Assembly (NCBI RefSeq): GCF_022045235.1
Contig: NW_027266274.1
Span: 10,974,001 to 11,038,000 of the forward strand
DNA from: Haliotis cracherodii
Taxonomy: Eukaryota
Direction: 5' to 3'
Length of the DNA: 64,000 bases
Part shown: piece by piece, positions 36,991-49,125 of the stretch
Layout: each line of letters opens with the position of its first letter
Numbering within the stretch: the stretch's first letter is position 1
Translations under genes and position numbers: made by a program
The notes under the pieces: model-generated
Database searches by the model: none
What the model was told of the DNA's origin: nothing
Seen by the model: the letters and a program-made list of their open reading frames with translations, nothing else

Positions 36991-38117
36991 ATAGCTTTAC
37001 TTATGCGTTAAACAATATTCACCGACTAACAGTCACCGAATAAAGCTGGTTGACGCACCCTCAACATTGGAGTTAAGAGATTTTAGGGCAGCCTCAGATA
37101 GATGATATGTTCGAAAATTTGAGCAAAGGTGTTTTACGCCAAAAGCCACTACTGTCAAACATTAATTGGGCACACATCTTTACTACATCGCTTCCTAATG
37201 TCGGTTTTGCCGGTAGCACTCAGGAAACAAGCACTTGTCGGGGAAGACCGATGTTGATTGATTGATGTTGATTTAAATAAATACAAAACGCCAATGCCAG
37301 AGAACAACCAGTCTCGATTATCCGCCGATTTAATTGAGCGTAAGAGGCCAAATAACGGCCAAAGTCACATGGATGAATCAATAAAAACCAGCGAAGACTC
37401 CAGGTTTTCGCGAAAGGGAAGCGCATGTCCTGCTCTACCGGTAGCACAATTTGCATAAAAATACAAGCCTTTGTTGCCTGACGTCACAGTGCAGTTCTCA
37501 TGCCATTCGACTGCGTCCTGTAACAAAAATAGCCAAGTGATCGATGGACCAGAAAATCTGGTCACGACAGCGCATTTATTTTGTTAAAACCCCCCCAAAA
37601 CATGCTAATTTTTAACCACGTCCGCTGTGCACATGCGCCAAGACTCTGCTGTCTACAAGCAAAGAATAAATCGTTTAACAGGACTTTGGAAGATTCCCAT
37701 TGATTTCGTGTAAAATCTTAAGTAATCTTTTCAACTAAGAGAATATGTCAATATTTTACCATTAACACAAAATCCACATCTAGTGTGGGTTTTTTCTATT
37801 TTTGCTATGATCTGGCAGGAATGCATTACCAGCTCTTCAAGTCGATACAATTTTCTCGACAGAATATATTCGAAATGTACTATGCTTTGAATTTAGGAAC
37901 TGTGTATCATTTATATATTGGGTGTGAGGTGGGTGTTTTATATTCCAACGTTGTATATTAAACGCTTCCGGGCTTCATTTTGTTTCTAGTGACTTTTTAG
38001 GGTAAACAAAACACTCAGCTAAAATGGTTTTTCAATCCCTGAAACTTGAAATGACCCATGCAAGTTCGCGTCATAGCCATGCACTTACTCGCCTCTGCCG
38101 GTGTGTAATCGTTCGCT

Positions 38118-38359
38118 GCTTGGTTGGTTTGTTTGTTGTTTAACACCGCACAGAGGAATATATTTCTGCTATATGACGGCGGTCTGTAAATAATCGACCA
38201 GACAAACCAGTAATTTACATCATGAACATCAATCCACACAATTGGGATCGATAACATGCATCAACCAAGTCAGCGAGCCTGACCACCCGATCCCGTTTGT
38301 CGCCTTTTACGGCAAGCATGGATTGCTGAAGACCTATTCCACTAGGAACTTCATGGGTC
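38118..38359 (-). mobile_element. SINE family A, full length, diverged head
   Basis: Ends ...GCTGAAGACCTATTCCACTAGGAACTTCATGGGTC. Confidence 0.8.
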
Positions 38360-38497
38360 CCAGGCAGATAGCATCCATGTGAGACCAATACTGTCACTTT
38401 CATTCTTACGACTCTCACTTAGGTTTGTAAAGGAATATGTATCATACCTTAAAGATAATTTCTACCAAACAGTGTTGACAGTGTCCGTGTGTTTTGT

Positions 38498-38725
38498 GTG
38501 AGTGAGTGAGCGAGTGAGTTGGGTTTAACGCCGCTTTTAACAGTATTCCAGTCAGCTTAATGTGGGAGGAAAGCCCGAAGTTATGCAGGTCTCAGACGTT
38601 TACCATTTCGGTGAAACCACGGCACGGGTATGGTGCTGAGAAACATAGAAACATAATCGGGGCGAACCGGGATTCGAACCCACAATCATATGTTTCTGGC
38701 GTGCCCAAGGGACGCAACTCTGCCC
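38498..38725 (-). mobile_element. SINE family B, 5'-truncated
   Basis: Match to 54860-55125. Confidence 0.8.
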
Positions 38726-38739
38726 CCGTGTTTTGTGTG

Positions 38740-38975
38740 TGTCTGTGTTTGTTGTCTAACGCCGCGCTCAGGAATATTCCAGCTATATGACTGCGGTCTG
38801 TATATAATCGTGCCTAGACCAGACAACTCAGGGATTGACATCATGAGCATCGATCTACGCAATTGGGATACAATCATATGCATCAAGCAGGTCAGCAGCC
38901 TGACCTCCCTACCCCGTTTGTCGCCTCTTACGACAGGCATTGCTTATTATCAATTGTAACCCGAATCTTCATGCC
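38740..38975 (-). mobile_element. SINE family A, diverged
   Basis: TGTCGCCTCTTACGACAGGCA...AACCCGAATCTTCATG. Confidence 0.75.
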
Positions 38976-39616
38976 TCCTTTAGGGATGGGTACCTGAGAA
39001 CACATTCTAGTAGGGCTGTATTTCATATAAAATCTTTCCTTCGAATTGGATGGTGAAGACGTTAATTTTCCACATTTTCGAATTTTTTACTCTGGGTACA
39101 ATCTGCTGATTTTGTGTTCAAATCCGAGTATGACTATCAGTCTCTCGGGTCCACATGGGATTTCACTCTATAATAAGTATTACAATACATGATGTGATAA
39201 AATTTTAATACTTCTAAAAGTAGCGTTAAGCCCCAACTTACTCACTCTAAATATATGTAAATGAAGATACGTTGTAGATGATGTGGGATTATTTTCAAGT
39301 TTTAAGTAATTGTGGACATGGTGTTCTTATTTTATTGTAGATCTCTCACAACGCTCCTTCTTCTTTGACTACATACCGACCCGAAATATATGTCCGAAGT
39401 TTCACTGTTTAAAACTCTTTGATTCAGCTCAAGGCAACGCAAGCGAACATTTACTTCCCTTTACCGAATGCATTCGAATAAACATCGGCTCTTTTCAGCT
39501 CAATCCTACTTATGCGAGATAGGCAAGTGACCTAAGGTGTCTTCCGATTGATTTCGCAGCGGGCTACATGAGAGGTCTACATGGAAAATAATTGCCCGTT
39601 CCTTGATTGTCTGGCT

Positions 39617-39617
39617 G

Positions 39618-39684
<67 letters not shown>
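39617..39684. repeat. (CTTA)n microsatellite
   Basis: Directly visible. Confidence 0.95.
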
Positions 39685-40111
39685 TCATGAAAACAGTCAT
39701 CGAAACACTCCAAACGTAAGGTCCAAAACACATGATTGTTTCTTTCATGTTTAGCCACAATCAAACATACTTGAAGGTGTTTACTTTCTTTTGCTGAGCA
39801 GTGTACCCCACATCGAATAATGATTACCAATTTTTCTATAAATATTTCTATAAAATCACAAATGCTTGAGTATATTTGTTCTTGAATCAATCAACACTTC
39901 GGTTGCTGGGAATATTATCTAACGACGGTGGGGTGTTTACTTCACAAATGCTAAGTCTACACATGGTATCTGTGTTAGGTTAAAGTTGCCATGGCCGATC
40001 GTACTAGGCACGACTGTAACATGTGTATTCAGAGGAAACAGTTTTTAATGTAAGGCTTTTAGCAGCGAGATCACATACTGCAACCACGTGTCTTGGGATC
40101 TCAATCAAATA

Positions 40112-40284
40112 CAGTAAACTACGGTTATAACGAACTCAAAGGGACTACTTATTTTAGTTCGTTATAACCGTAGTTCGTTATAAGTACATACAGCATCACT
40201 ACAGCAAGTAGTCGGGACCAAAAAGTAAGTTCGTTATATCCGTCAGTTCGTTATAAGCGTGTTCGTTATAACCGTAGTTTACTG
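40112..40284. mobile_element. Tc1/pogo-type MITE
   Basis: Perfect 24-bp TIR CAGTAAACTACGGTTATAACGAAC, TA on both sides, non-coding 173 bp. Confidence 0.9.
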
Positions 40285-40394
40285 TACCACAAAGTGGTTG
40301 AGTGAGTCACGCAGCATGGACTATAAGGTATGGCCATTACAGATTATCCTGTTCAGTATTACGACATGCAGTTTGGATATTTGTAGTGAGACGA

Positions 40395-40722
40395 ACGTTG
40401 TTGGAGGTGTACGATATGCGTTGTGGGGAAAAGTACAACTATTTTCGTTGTGGGGTTAAGTACATTATGCGTTGTGAGATAAGTACTACGACATACGTTG
40501 CGGGGATAAGTACTACGATATACGTTATGGGATAAATACTACGATATACATTGTGGGATAAGTACTACGACATACGTTGTTGAATAAGTACTGCGACATA
40601 AGCTGCGGGGATAAATACTACGATATTCATGTGGATAAGTACTATGATATGTGTTGTGGGATAAGTACTACGACATACATTGTTGGAGGTGTACTACGAT
40701 GTACGGTGTGGGATAAGTACTT
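40395..40722. repeat. ~27-bp degenerate minisatellite (GGGATAAGTACTACGATATACGTTGT)
   Basis: About 12 units. Confidence 0.85.
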
Positions 40723-40733
40723 GTAAGTGCTTG

Positions 40734-40946
40734 TGCTTGTCGTAAAAGGCGACTATGCTTGTCGTAGAAGGCGACTAACGGGATCGGGTGATCAGGCTCG
40801 CTGATTTGGTTGATGTATGTCATCGATCCCAATTGCGTGGATCGATGTTCATGATATCAATCACTGGATTGTCCAGACTCGATTATTTACAGACCGCCGT
40901 CATATAGTTGGAATATTGCTGAGTGCGGCGTTAACAACAAACAAAC
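40734..40946 (+). mobile_element. SINE family A, 5'-truncated
   Basis: Duplicated CTTGTCGTA...GGCGACTA hairpin followed by the family body and (AAAC)n tail. Confidence 0.85.
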
Positions 40947-41840
40947 ATAAGAATTTGGCATCACCTTGGACTTTCACAACAAGCAGATGCAGAGTTGCGT
41001 ACCTTTGAAGTGTCATGATCCTAAGATCGTTCAAATCCCCTATACATCCTCATTATTTGCACCTGTAATTTTGAATAACGTTTATGAAATGGCTTAAGTT
41101 TAGGAAACTGAAACTGTATGGGAAACTGTCTGAGAATATTACTTGAATTTAAAAGTATCAATTCTCTTGTCTGCAAATTTCAAATTTAGAAACATTCTTT
41201 TTTTCGAATTAGTTAAGTTTTCTGATTTGGCCACACGATTTATAGCAATATCAAAACAACATACTCTCTAGTCGATACTGTAGGCTCTCAGTTTGGGGAC
41301 CCATCCATCATCAATAGTTGCTAGAGTTACTGAACTTTTTCAACGTCACAGTTGAGTCTGGTTCTTACTTTGTGCAATCCCGATGGTTCCTGAAGGAGAG
41401 GCAAGACATCTTCCAAATCAATAGTATAATTTGTGAAGTCTTTTATGTTTTCATTCCGACCATATGTCATTGTTCATGACTGTCGAGTACAATTATTCGT
41501 TCGGAACATCCTTAAAGGTCAATTTCAATTAATGCTACTTAGATGGTAGACACAATCGGAAAACTGTCCTTTGATGCCCAATGGGGTCGATAACTTGTGC
41601 TGTGTCTCTCCAACTTATATCAATCAACACAGGGTACACTTATTGCCATAGATGACGTGCCAAGTTTGACAAGCCTTCAAAACATCTTAAGCAGTGTATA
41701 TTCAGTCTAAAGAACGGCTCCGCTATCAATATATTTAACAAAATAAATAATCGATGCACTCAACTCTTAGTTTAACTAAAAGCCCAAGCCGGTTGTCGTT
41801 GCAGAAAGCTGTTCGTGAGGAAAGACGTGTTTTAACAATC

Positions 41841-42330
41841 ATGATCAGAAGAGAAATTCCACTGCTTTTATTGATAACTTGTGGTGGGTTTCATCTTGTT
41901 AGAAGTTCTGTTTGTGGTAAATGCCAGGTAGAGCCCTTCCCTTCATTCCAGAACAAGAGAGTAAGTGGTGGTGTTCTGTGGACGAAAACACTGACCAGTC
42001 GTGCCGAATGTGCGGCGCTCTGCAACAGCTTCATGGTCATCAGGTCCTTCGGCTACAAGGACAGCAGTGGAGAATGCGTGGCATACACCGTACCTCTCAC
42101 CCCACCACCACCAGCAACACCACCACCAGCAACAACAACAACACCACCACTACTACCACCACCACTACCACCACCACCACCACCAGAAACACCACCACCA
42201 CTACCACCACCACTACCACCACCAGAAACACTACCACCACCAGCAGCAACAACACCACCAGCAACAACACCACCAGCAACTACCTATGTCAGTGAATCAG
42301 GATTCAACATGTATTCCACCTGTGCACAAG
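41841..42330 (+). CDS. Exon 1 of secreted PAN-EB-PAN protein: signal peptide plus PAN/apple domain with Pro/Thr-rich insertion
   Basis: ATG at 41841 (MIRREIPLLLLITCGGFHLVRS); ECAALC...SFGY...GEC pattern; phase-1 donor CAAG|GTAACG. Confidence 0.85.
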
Positions 42331-42480
42331 GTAACGGGAACCCAGACAAATGTTACTGAGACTTACTCATCATGGTCAGCTTGATTACAGTTAACAAAGA
42401 CCCAATTACACCGTACCAGCATATGATATGCATATTGTATTCCTATAAGTAAATAGGACAAACTACGTAATCTTGTACAC

Positions 42481-42700
42481 ATGTTGGTTGGTTTGTTGTT
42501 TAACGCCGCGCTCAGCAGTATTCCAGCTATATGACGGCGGTCTGTAAATAATCGAGTCTGGACCAGGTAATCCAGTGATTGACATCATGAGCATCGATCC
42601 ACGCAATTGGGATCGATGACATGCATCAACCAAGTCAGCGAGCCTGACCACCCGATCCCGTTAGTCGCCTTTTACGACAAGGGGATCGGGTGGTCAGGCT
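42481..42700 (-). mobile_element. SINE family A in intron 1, 5'-truncated with a fold-back end and 9-bp TSD
   Basis: CTTGTACAC at 42472-42480 and 42699-42707; 19-bp inverted copy at 42682-42700. Confidence 0.8.
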
Positions 42701-42996
42701 TGTACACTTGTAAGTAGTAAGGACAAACTGTTGTATTTTTCATACATGTAATTTCTTAGATAATGACGTTTTACTATAGAGTTACTGTTATCAATTTTAT
42801 AGCATGTTTAGTTGTGTTTTGAAACTCCTGTTGCAGAACGCTGTATTATATCAAATTTCATTGCATGTTCACAACAAGCACTAAAACCTACGTATAGTAC
42901 TTTCTGAAACTTAGATAAAGATGATTCGTTTTTCGAAAACTAAATTTCGAATTACATGTTCATTCGTTCATTATCGAATGACAACAACACTGTAGT

Positions 42997-43278
42997 GGGG
43001 GCACGGCTGGTCCAGTCGTCTGATTCGCTGTGCAGAGTTGCGTCCCTGGGGCACGCCAGGAACCTATGATTGTAGGTTCGAATCCCGATACGCCCCGGTT
43101 ATATTTCTAGATTTGTCAGCACCATACCCGTGCTCGTGGGTTTCACCGAAGTGGTAAACGTCTGAGACCTGCATCACCTCGGGCTTTCCACCCACATTAA
43201 GCTAACACGCCGTGATATAACTGGAATACTGTTAAATGCGGCGCTAAACCAAACTCACTCACTCACTCACTCACTCAC
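42997..43278 (+). mobile_element. SINE family B in intron 1
   Basis: GGGGGCACGG...GGTTCGAATCCC...(ACTC)n. Confidence 0.85.
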
Positions 43279-43419
43279 TACTGTTGTAGTGGGAGTTACC
43301 CACTCTGGTTTTCAGGCGACGGATTTACAAAACTTTGGGAAAGAACGTTTTGACTGTGCCCCTCTCCTAGCTGATCTACTTCTTTTACATACGAATAAGT
43401 TTTGGTACTACGTATATAA

Positions 43420-43850
43420 ATCATAGAAAGGCCACATGCTATAAGGTTCCACCTCATTTTATGATATATTATAGATGACCTATTTCTCTTTCTTTCGTCA
43501 ATGCAGCGATAAATGAGTATCTTCACTTAAATTATCCACAAGCGTTAGAAATCAGATATGGATCTGTGCACAGAGATGAAAAGGATGATTGCAACCTCTG
43601 CACCGAGTTCTATGACAAAAGGGATGATTTCGATTTTGCAACCGTAAATATACCCTTCAGGTCGAGCTTTTGGCGTTTTCATTTCTCCATTGCTTACATG
43701 TAGGTACTTAAGACCGTGTACATTTCATTTAAATTTCATGAACAGACACATTTTAGTTTCAGCTTTTCTTTCAATGAAGGTCATGTTGGATTTTGCACTG
43801 TGACATATCGGCGATTCCTTGATTCACATCGGGAACATCGAGAACCTATT
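43420..43850 (+). mobile_element. Highly decayed Penelope-like RT fragment in intron 1
   Basis: Translates to IDDLFL, YPQALEI and FYDKRDDFDFATVNIPF, motifs typical of Penelope-like RT C-terminal regions. Confidence 0.6.
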
Positions 43851-44689
43851 TATTAAACCTAGCCACATAATTAAATGTTAGGAGATAAACCTCTTCTGTT
43901 ATAAATGCGTTGACGGGAGGTTTCAAATTTAACATTAATCGGTGTTTAATCAACGATGAACCACCTCCCAATTTAAGAACTGAATAGGTTTATTTCCATT
44001 CTACCATGATTAACATACGTTTTTTGTAAAAACACGGATTTGTTTTGGGTACGTTGTCAGTGCAGTGATTATCTGCAGAAGTGGTTATCACTCATTTACC
44101 ACTTCAAATTTAACAAATTAACCATTCAAATTAGATCATCCTTCAGTGTCATGGTAGAATTTTGCTTTACCCAAGCTCGCGTTTATTTTTGTCACACAGA
44201 TAACGATTCTGTCTTTCAGTGTTGAACTTACCACTGAAACGTCATTGGTTGGGCATTCACCAATTCAATCAGAGGCAGTCATATCTACAATTAACAAATA
44301 CACACTGCTGCATTTAACAAGTGCATTTTTATCGCTTAACGGGACTCTGTGTTTGAACAGGTCCATTATACACCCAGGCTTGCCATAGGAGCGAACTAAT
44401 GTGGATCGTTCCAGCATTGCGCACCGAAGGCGAGGAAAATGTATAATCTTAATACTAATAAACATGTTTATGGCTTATCTTTTATGCTTGAATCGAGTGC
44501 CACTCGTTTAGTCACCAACTGTTCCCTCAACATGTCAATATGTCATTACGACGCTTGGAGTGTTATGTATTCCATACTGCAAATAAATATATCCATTTAA
44601 AGATTCAAAGATATTGATTAAAGACTATGTATCTATTGCGCGCCACCTCTGCAATTCAATTAAGAACAACCACTATTTATATTCTTCAG

Positions 44690-44809
44690 CCAACCATTTC
44701 GGTTCCTGTGTCAACTCTACGGACTGCTCTGATGAAAAGACTACTTGTAATGATGGGCTGTGTGTGTGTAACATCACGTACGTGTCCTCCCAAGGCAACT
44801 GTGTTCAAG
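44690..44809 (+). CDS. Exon 2: 6-Cys EB/EGF-like module
   Basis: Acceptor TTCTTCAG|CC and donor CAAG|GTAGGT, both phase 1; NHFGSCVNSTDCSDEKTTCNDGLCVCNITYVSSQGNCVQ. Confidence 0.88.
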
Positions 44810-45020
44810 GTAGGTCGAGGCTCTGCAATATCTCTGAAACATCAAACCCGACGTTGCTTTAGCTTACATATTGTATCGATCATCATAGTAGCATCTAAGG
44901 TTTATATACCCGATTTTGTGTAATACACTATGTTATGTTTAACACATGACATACATACCAATTGTTTGGCACAGTTTGCATATCAAGTCTTTGAAGGGCA
45001 TTTAGAAGTAATACACATAG

Positions 45021-45395
45021 GGAAGAGAATTTATGGATGTCAACTTCTTTATTATGAGGAAGACAACGTTTCGTAGTATATACTTACTCCTTCATCAGAT
45101 GAACGGGAAGAGAATTAATGGATGTCAACTTCTTTATAATGAGGAAGACAACGTTTCGGAGTATATACTTACTCCTTCATTAGGTGAACGGGAAGAGAAT
45201 TTGGGGATGTCAACTTCCTTAGAATGAGGAACACAACGTTTCAGAGTATATGCTTACGCCTTTATTAGGTGAACAAGAAGAAAAGTTATGGATGTCAACT
45301 TCTTTATAATGAGGAACACAACGTTTCAGAGTATATGCTTTAGCCTTTATTAGGTGAACAAGAAGAGAATTAATGGATGTCAACTCCTTATGGAT
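45021..45395 (-). repeat. Tandem ~85-bp Penelope-type pLTR units with decaying minimal hammerhead motifs (intron 2)
   Basis: Reverse-complement consensus CTGATGA-A-GGAGTA-loop-TACTCC-GAAACGTTGT; CTGATGA is intact only in the first unit. Confidence 0.7.
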
Positions 45396-45875
45396 GTCAT
45401 GATGTCAATCACTGGATTGTCTGGTCCAGACTCGATGATTTACAGACTGCCGTCATATAGCTGAGTGTGGCGTTGAATGACAAACAAACAAACATTAATA
45501 AAGGTTTATAAACAAACAAAAACAACACCTGGCTATTTCGATGTACCATTTATACCATTGATAATCGAGACTAGTGGAAAGTAGGTTTGGTATTGATAAA
45601 GGAATTAGTGATTCATCACTTCCGACTATGAAAGGTTTTATCTCCTTATAAATTATTAATAACACCGCTAAGATTTCCAAGTTGACAAAATGTATGAGGT
45701 GTGGCGGGTGGACAGCCACAGAGGATAGTCTTCGGTCATGACTAAAGAAAATGCAACATTCAGCACGAACAGCATGTTCAGCGAAAATAGTGTTGTTGGT
45801 GTTATTGTTGTTGTTGTTATAAATTATATTTTTCTGGAATATTTTTTTTAATTAATCCCTTATAAGAAAGAAATA

Positions 45876-46102
45876 TACTGAACCAAATTAAAAACTTCAC
45901 AATCCTAAAATTTTAACATTTTGCCCAGTTATCATTGTGTGCCCTTATTGTGTATTTAAACGTTTTGTTTTCAGATAACACCCGTTTTTGTGCAGGTGAA
46001 TCGATCAAAATCATATGCACAGCACTATAGTGGCAAAAGTGGTTTTTCACGTGCAACTGGTCACGTGGCCATAATACCGCACTTGTTTTCAGCCATACGT
46101 GT
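45876..46102 (+). mobile_element. Left-end fragment of the same Tc1 family, inside a ~118-bp direct duplication
   Basis: Closely matches 35189-35425; flanks 45759-45875 and 46103-46222 are duplicates. Confidence 0.88.
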
Positions 46103-46426
46103 TTCAGCACGAACAGCATGTTCAGCGAAAATAGTGTTGTTGATGTTGTTATTGTTATTGTTGTTATAAATTATATTTTTCTGGAACATTTTTTTTAATT
46201 AATCCCTTATAAGAAAGAAATATATATATAACTGTTGGTTTCGTCGAAGTCCAAAGAGTAGGTATTGACATTCGTTGAAGTATTAGTTAACACAATTGGC
46301 AAGAATAAATAATAAGCATTCGTTTTTGCCGAAGAATCAAGTTACCAAGTAACATAAACAGCTTTACCTAATGACTAATCGCTCTCTGCTGTGTCAGTGT
46401 GACTCACATAACACTTTTATTCACAG

Positions 46427-46689
46427 GTTGTTCTACATATGGTTCGGGAGTCACTACATTCAAAAACAGGAACCTTAATGGATACAACACCAAGATTGTA
46501 CACAACATCACAACGATAGACGCATGTATAGATTTATGCTTGACCGAGAGAGATTTCCTGTGTCTGACAGCGGATTTCGGGCTTTCATTAAGCAGGTGCA
46601 TCCTCTGCAGCTGGGCTTGGAATGATGTCCCATCAGAGCACCAAATAGTCTCTACCACATTCGATCAAATCATCCGTAATTGTGCTTAA
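46427..46689 (+). CDS. Exon 3: PAN/apple domain and stop (joined CDS 873 nt, 290 aa)
   Basis: Acceptor TTTTATTCACAG|GT in phase 1; DACIDLCLTERDFLCLTADF...RCILC; TAA at 46687-46689. Confidence 0.88.
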
Positions 46690-46852
46690 AATATGAAAAA
46701 AAGGTCCTCTGGCTACCAGGTTCCAACTCTCTTGGTTTCGATTGCTTAAGAAATGTTCAACGTTTATATATGACCATATGTTTGTTTAGTAGTTGAAAAT
46801 TCACTGGGCTGAGACGTAAACAATGCAGCAACACGCTCTGTAAGATTATTAA

Positions 46853-48355
46853 GTGAGTGAGTGAGTGAGTGAGTGAGTGAGTGAGTGAGTGAGTGGGTGA
46901 GTGGAATTTAACGTCACATCGGTAATAATTCAGCCATATTGTGACGGAACAGTTACAATAATTATATTTTGATTTAATTAAAAAGCTGTCAACGATGGAC
47001 AGTAAGATAACTAGATTATCACAGTTTCGATGTTAAACCTAGTTGAGAACAGTTAAAGGAATACATTTTCATTCAACAATACAATATAAAAATGGGCTAT
47101 AGAACACCAGCAACCAAAGGTAGGCCACCTTACTGGGGATCGTGGGGACTTACATTACTTTTGCTACCTGCACGGCTCCCCAGCAGGATTTGCACCAACC
47201 CTTCAGCTGCTGGTGATGGGATGCAATTAAGCCAACACTTAAAATAAACAAATATACTACGTTTAAAACCGATGTAAGAATAATTGTACTTTGAATGATG
47301 TGGTCGCACATATCCTCTCAGGGGGACAATAATTTTACGCTACTTCAACCCCCTTTGAGGATATAGCCACTAACAAACTAAGTTACATATTATACATTAC
47401 CAATATAAAATATAGCTATTTACACAATTCAAAATTTATCAATAAGTTCAATTTCTTTTAAAAGCCAATAATTAAATGAGAATTTATTCTATTAAAAAGA
47501 TCCGTCATTGATGATGATTTGAAATATTTATCCCTTGTGATGAAAAAATCAACAAAGTCAAGCAGGACATGCTTGACGGTGATTCTTTCATCACCAGGGA
47601 TACAGAATGGAGGATCCTCACCTTTTAAAATATATTCATGAGAATACCTGTTATGATCAATACGACATCGTCGTATAATGACCTCTTCGAATCTGGACTG
47701 ACAACCCAAGTAGGTGTAGCCAATAGTTGGTTTAAGTTCATGTAATTTATTTATACCTACTTGAGTGTCCCACTTCTTTTGCATCAGATCATGGATGTAA
47801 GATCTTATCACGGGTTTATAATCAGTATATGGGATCAGAAGTGGTGTCACAGATTTGTTGAGTGCTGCTTTGGCTGCAGCATCAGCAATTGTGTTACCAG
47901 TTATTCCAACATGGCTGGGTAACCAACAAAAGACGATGTCGTACTGGCCAGTAGCAAGATCGTTATGAAGTTCTATGATGTCACGTATAAGTGGATCTTG
48001 ACAGGAAATATTCTTAATGGCCTGAAGACAGGAAAGGGAATCAGAAAATATAATGAACCTTGTATGTTTAGATTGAGTATTTATATATTTGAGAGCTGTT
48101 AAGATTGCTTTGATTCAGCTGTAAAAATCGAACTATAATTTGGTAATCTGGATGATATGGTTCTGGATGCAACGACAGTGGCGCTGGCAACTGCGTCACC
48201 ATCTTTGGATCCATCTGGAAAGATAGATATGTAGGTATTGTAAAAGCTTCTTAATTGATTATATTTTTGTTGATAAATTAGCTGATTGGTTTCAGATTTC
48301 TTGAGTTTAGTTATTGTAAGATTCATCCATGGCGGAGAAGACAAAAGCTGAGTTG
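46853..48355 (-). mobile_element. 5'-truncated I-superfamily LINE (RNase H domain, Cys/His tail, 3' UTR, (ACTC)n tail)
   Basis: IFPDGSK...YSSIFTAE; SDSLSCL; WLPSHVGITGNTIADAAAKAA; PPFC...ITVKHVL. Confidence 0.88.
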
Positions 48356-48957
48356 GGGCTATATAGTCTAGTCTAGACTATCTAGTATCCACTATAGGCA
48401 TATAGAGATCCGACTCAAATGCAGCGTAAGAAAAGGTCATGTCGAAATGAATTGAATTCTGAATGAAATGAGAACAAAACGAAAATACGTTTCCTCCTGG
48501 GCCGTTTTCATCCTCGTTTTCAAGTCACATTATCTTAATACGTTCGTAGACTTCTTAAGATAACGTGAAATGATATGCGCACCGATGTTGTGGGCACGGG
48601 AAGACCCAGTTATGAAGACACTGTTCTGTTACGGGATCCTAATGCATTCCTGTGTTGATATCATATCGATAGCGTTGACGTCAGTTACTAACGCGTTTTA
48701 AGATGCGTCACGTATTATGAAAACGTCTCTGCCAACGACCAACTGTCAGATCAACATTTCTTAAAGTTATAGTAACTCACTTTTAAAGTTCGGGTACATT
48801 TCTTCGTAAACGTCTCGTATATTGAACCACAACACAACTAGATATACGTTCAATAATTGAAACACTTTTGGTACATATGCATTTTACCGGTCACCTCTTC
48901 ACAATGTGTGTTTGATGTCACTAATGTAGCCTCACGCGCGGCATTACTTTATGAACA

Positions 48958-49125
48958 GGGGCGGTCGGGTAGCCTCGTGGTTAAAGTGTTCGCTCGTCAC
49001 GCAGGAGACCCGGGTTCGATTCCCGACATGGGTACAATATGTGAAGCCCATTTCTGGTGTCCCCCGCCGTGATATTGCTGGAATATTGCTAAAAGCGGCG
49101 TAAAACCACACTCACTCACTCACTT
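48958..49125 (+). mobile_element. SINE family C (tRNA-Asp-like head), full length with TSD
   Basis: A box TAGCCTCGTGG, GTC anticodon context, B box GGTTCGATTCC; TSD CTTTATGAACA at 48947-48957 and 49126-49136. Confidence 0.9.

Noticed and set aside
41921-42384. Poly-Thr and poly-His/Gln ORFs
   Set aside because: Alternative frames of the trinucleotide tract; only the Pro-rich frame has the signal peptide, the Cys pattern and a phase-compatible donor.
48958-49035. tRNA-Asp gene (likewise tRNA-like heads at 54860 and 63731)
   Set aside because: No proper acceptor stem; continues into a SINE body and tail, with a TSD at 48958.
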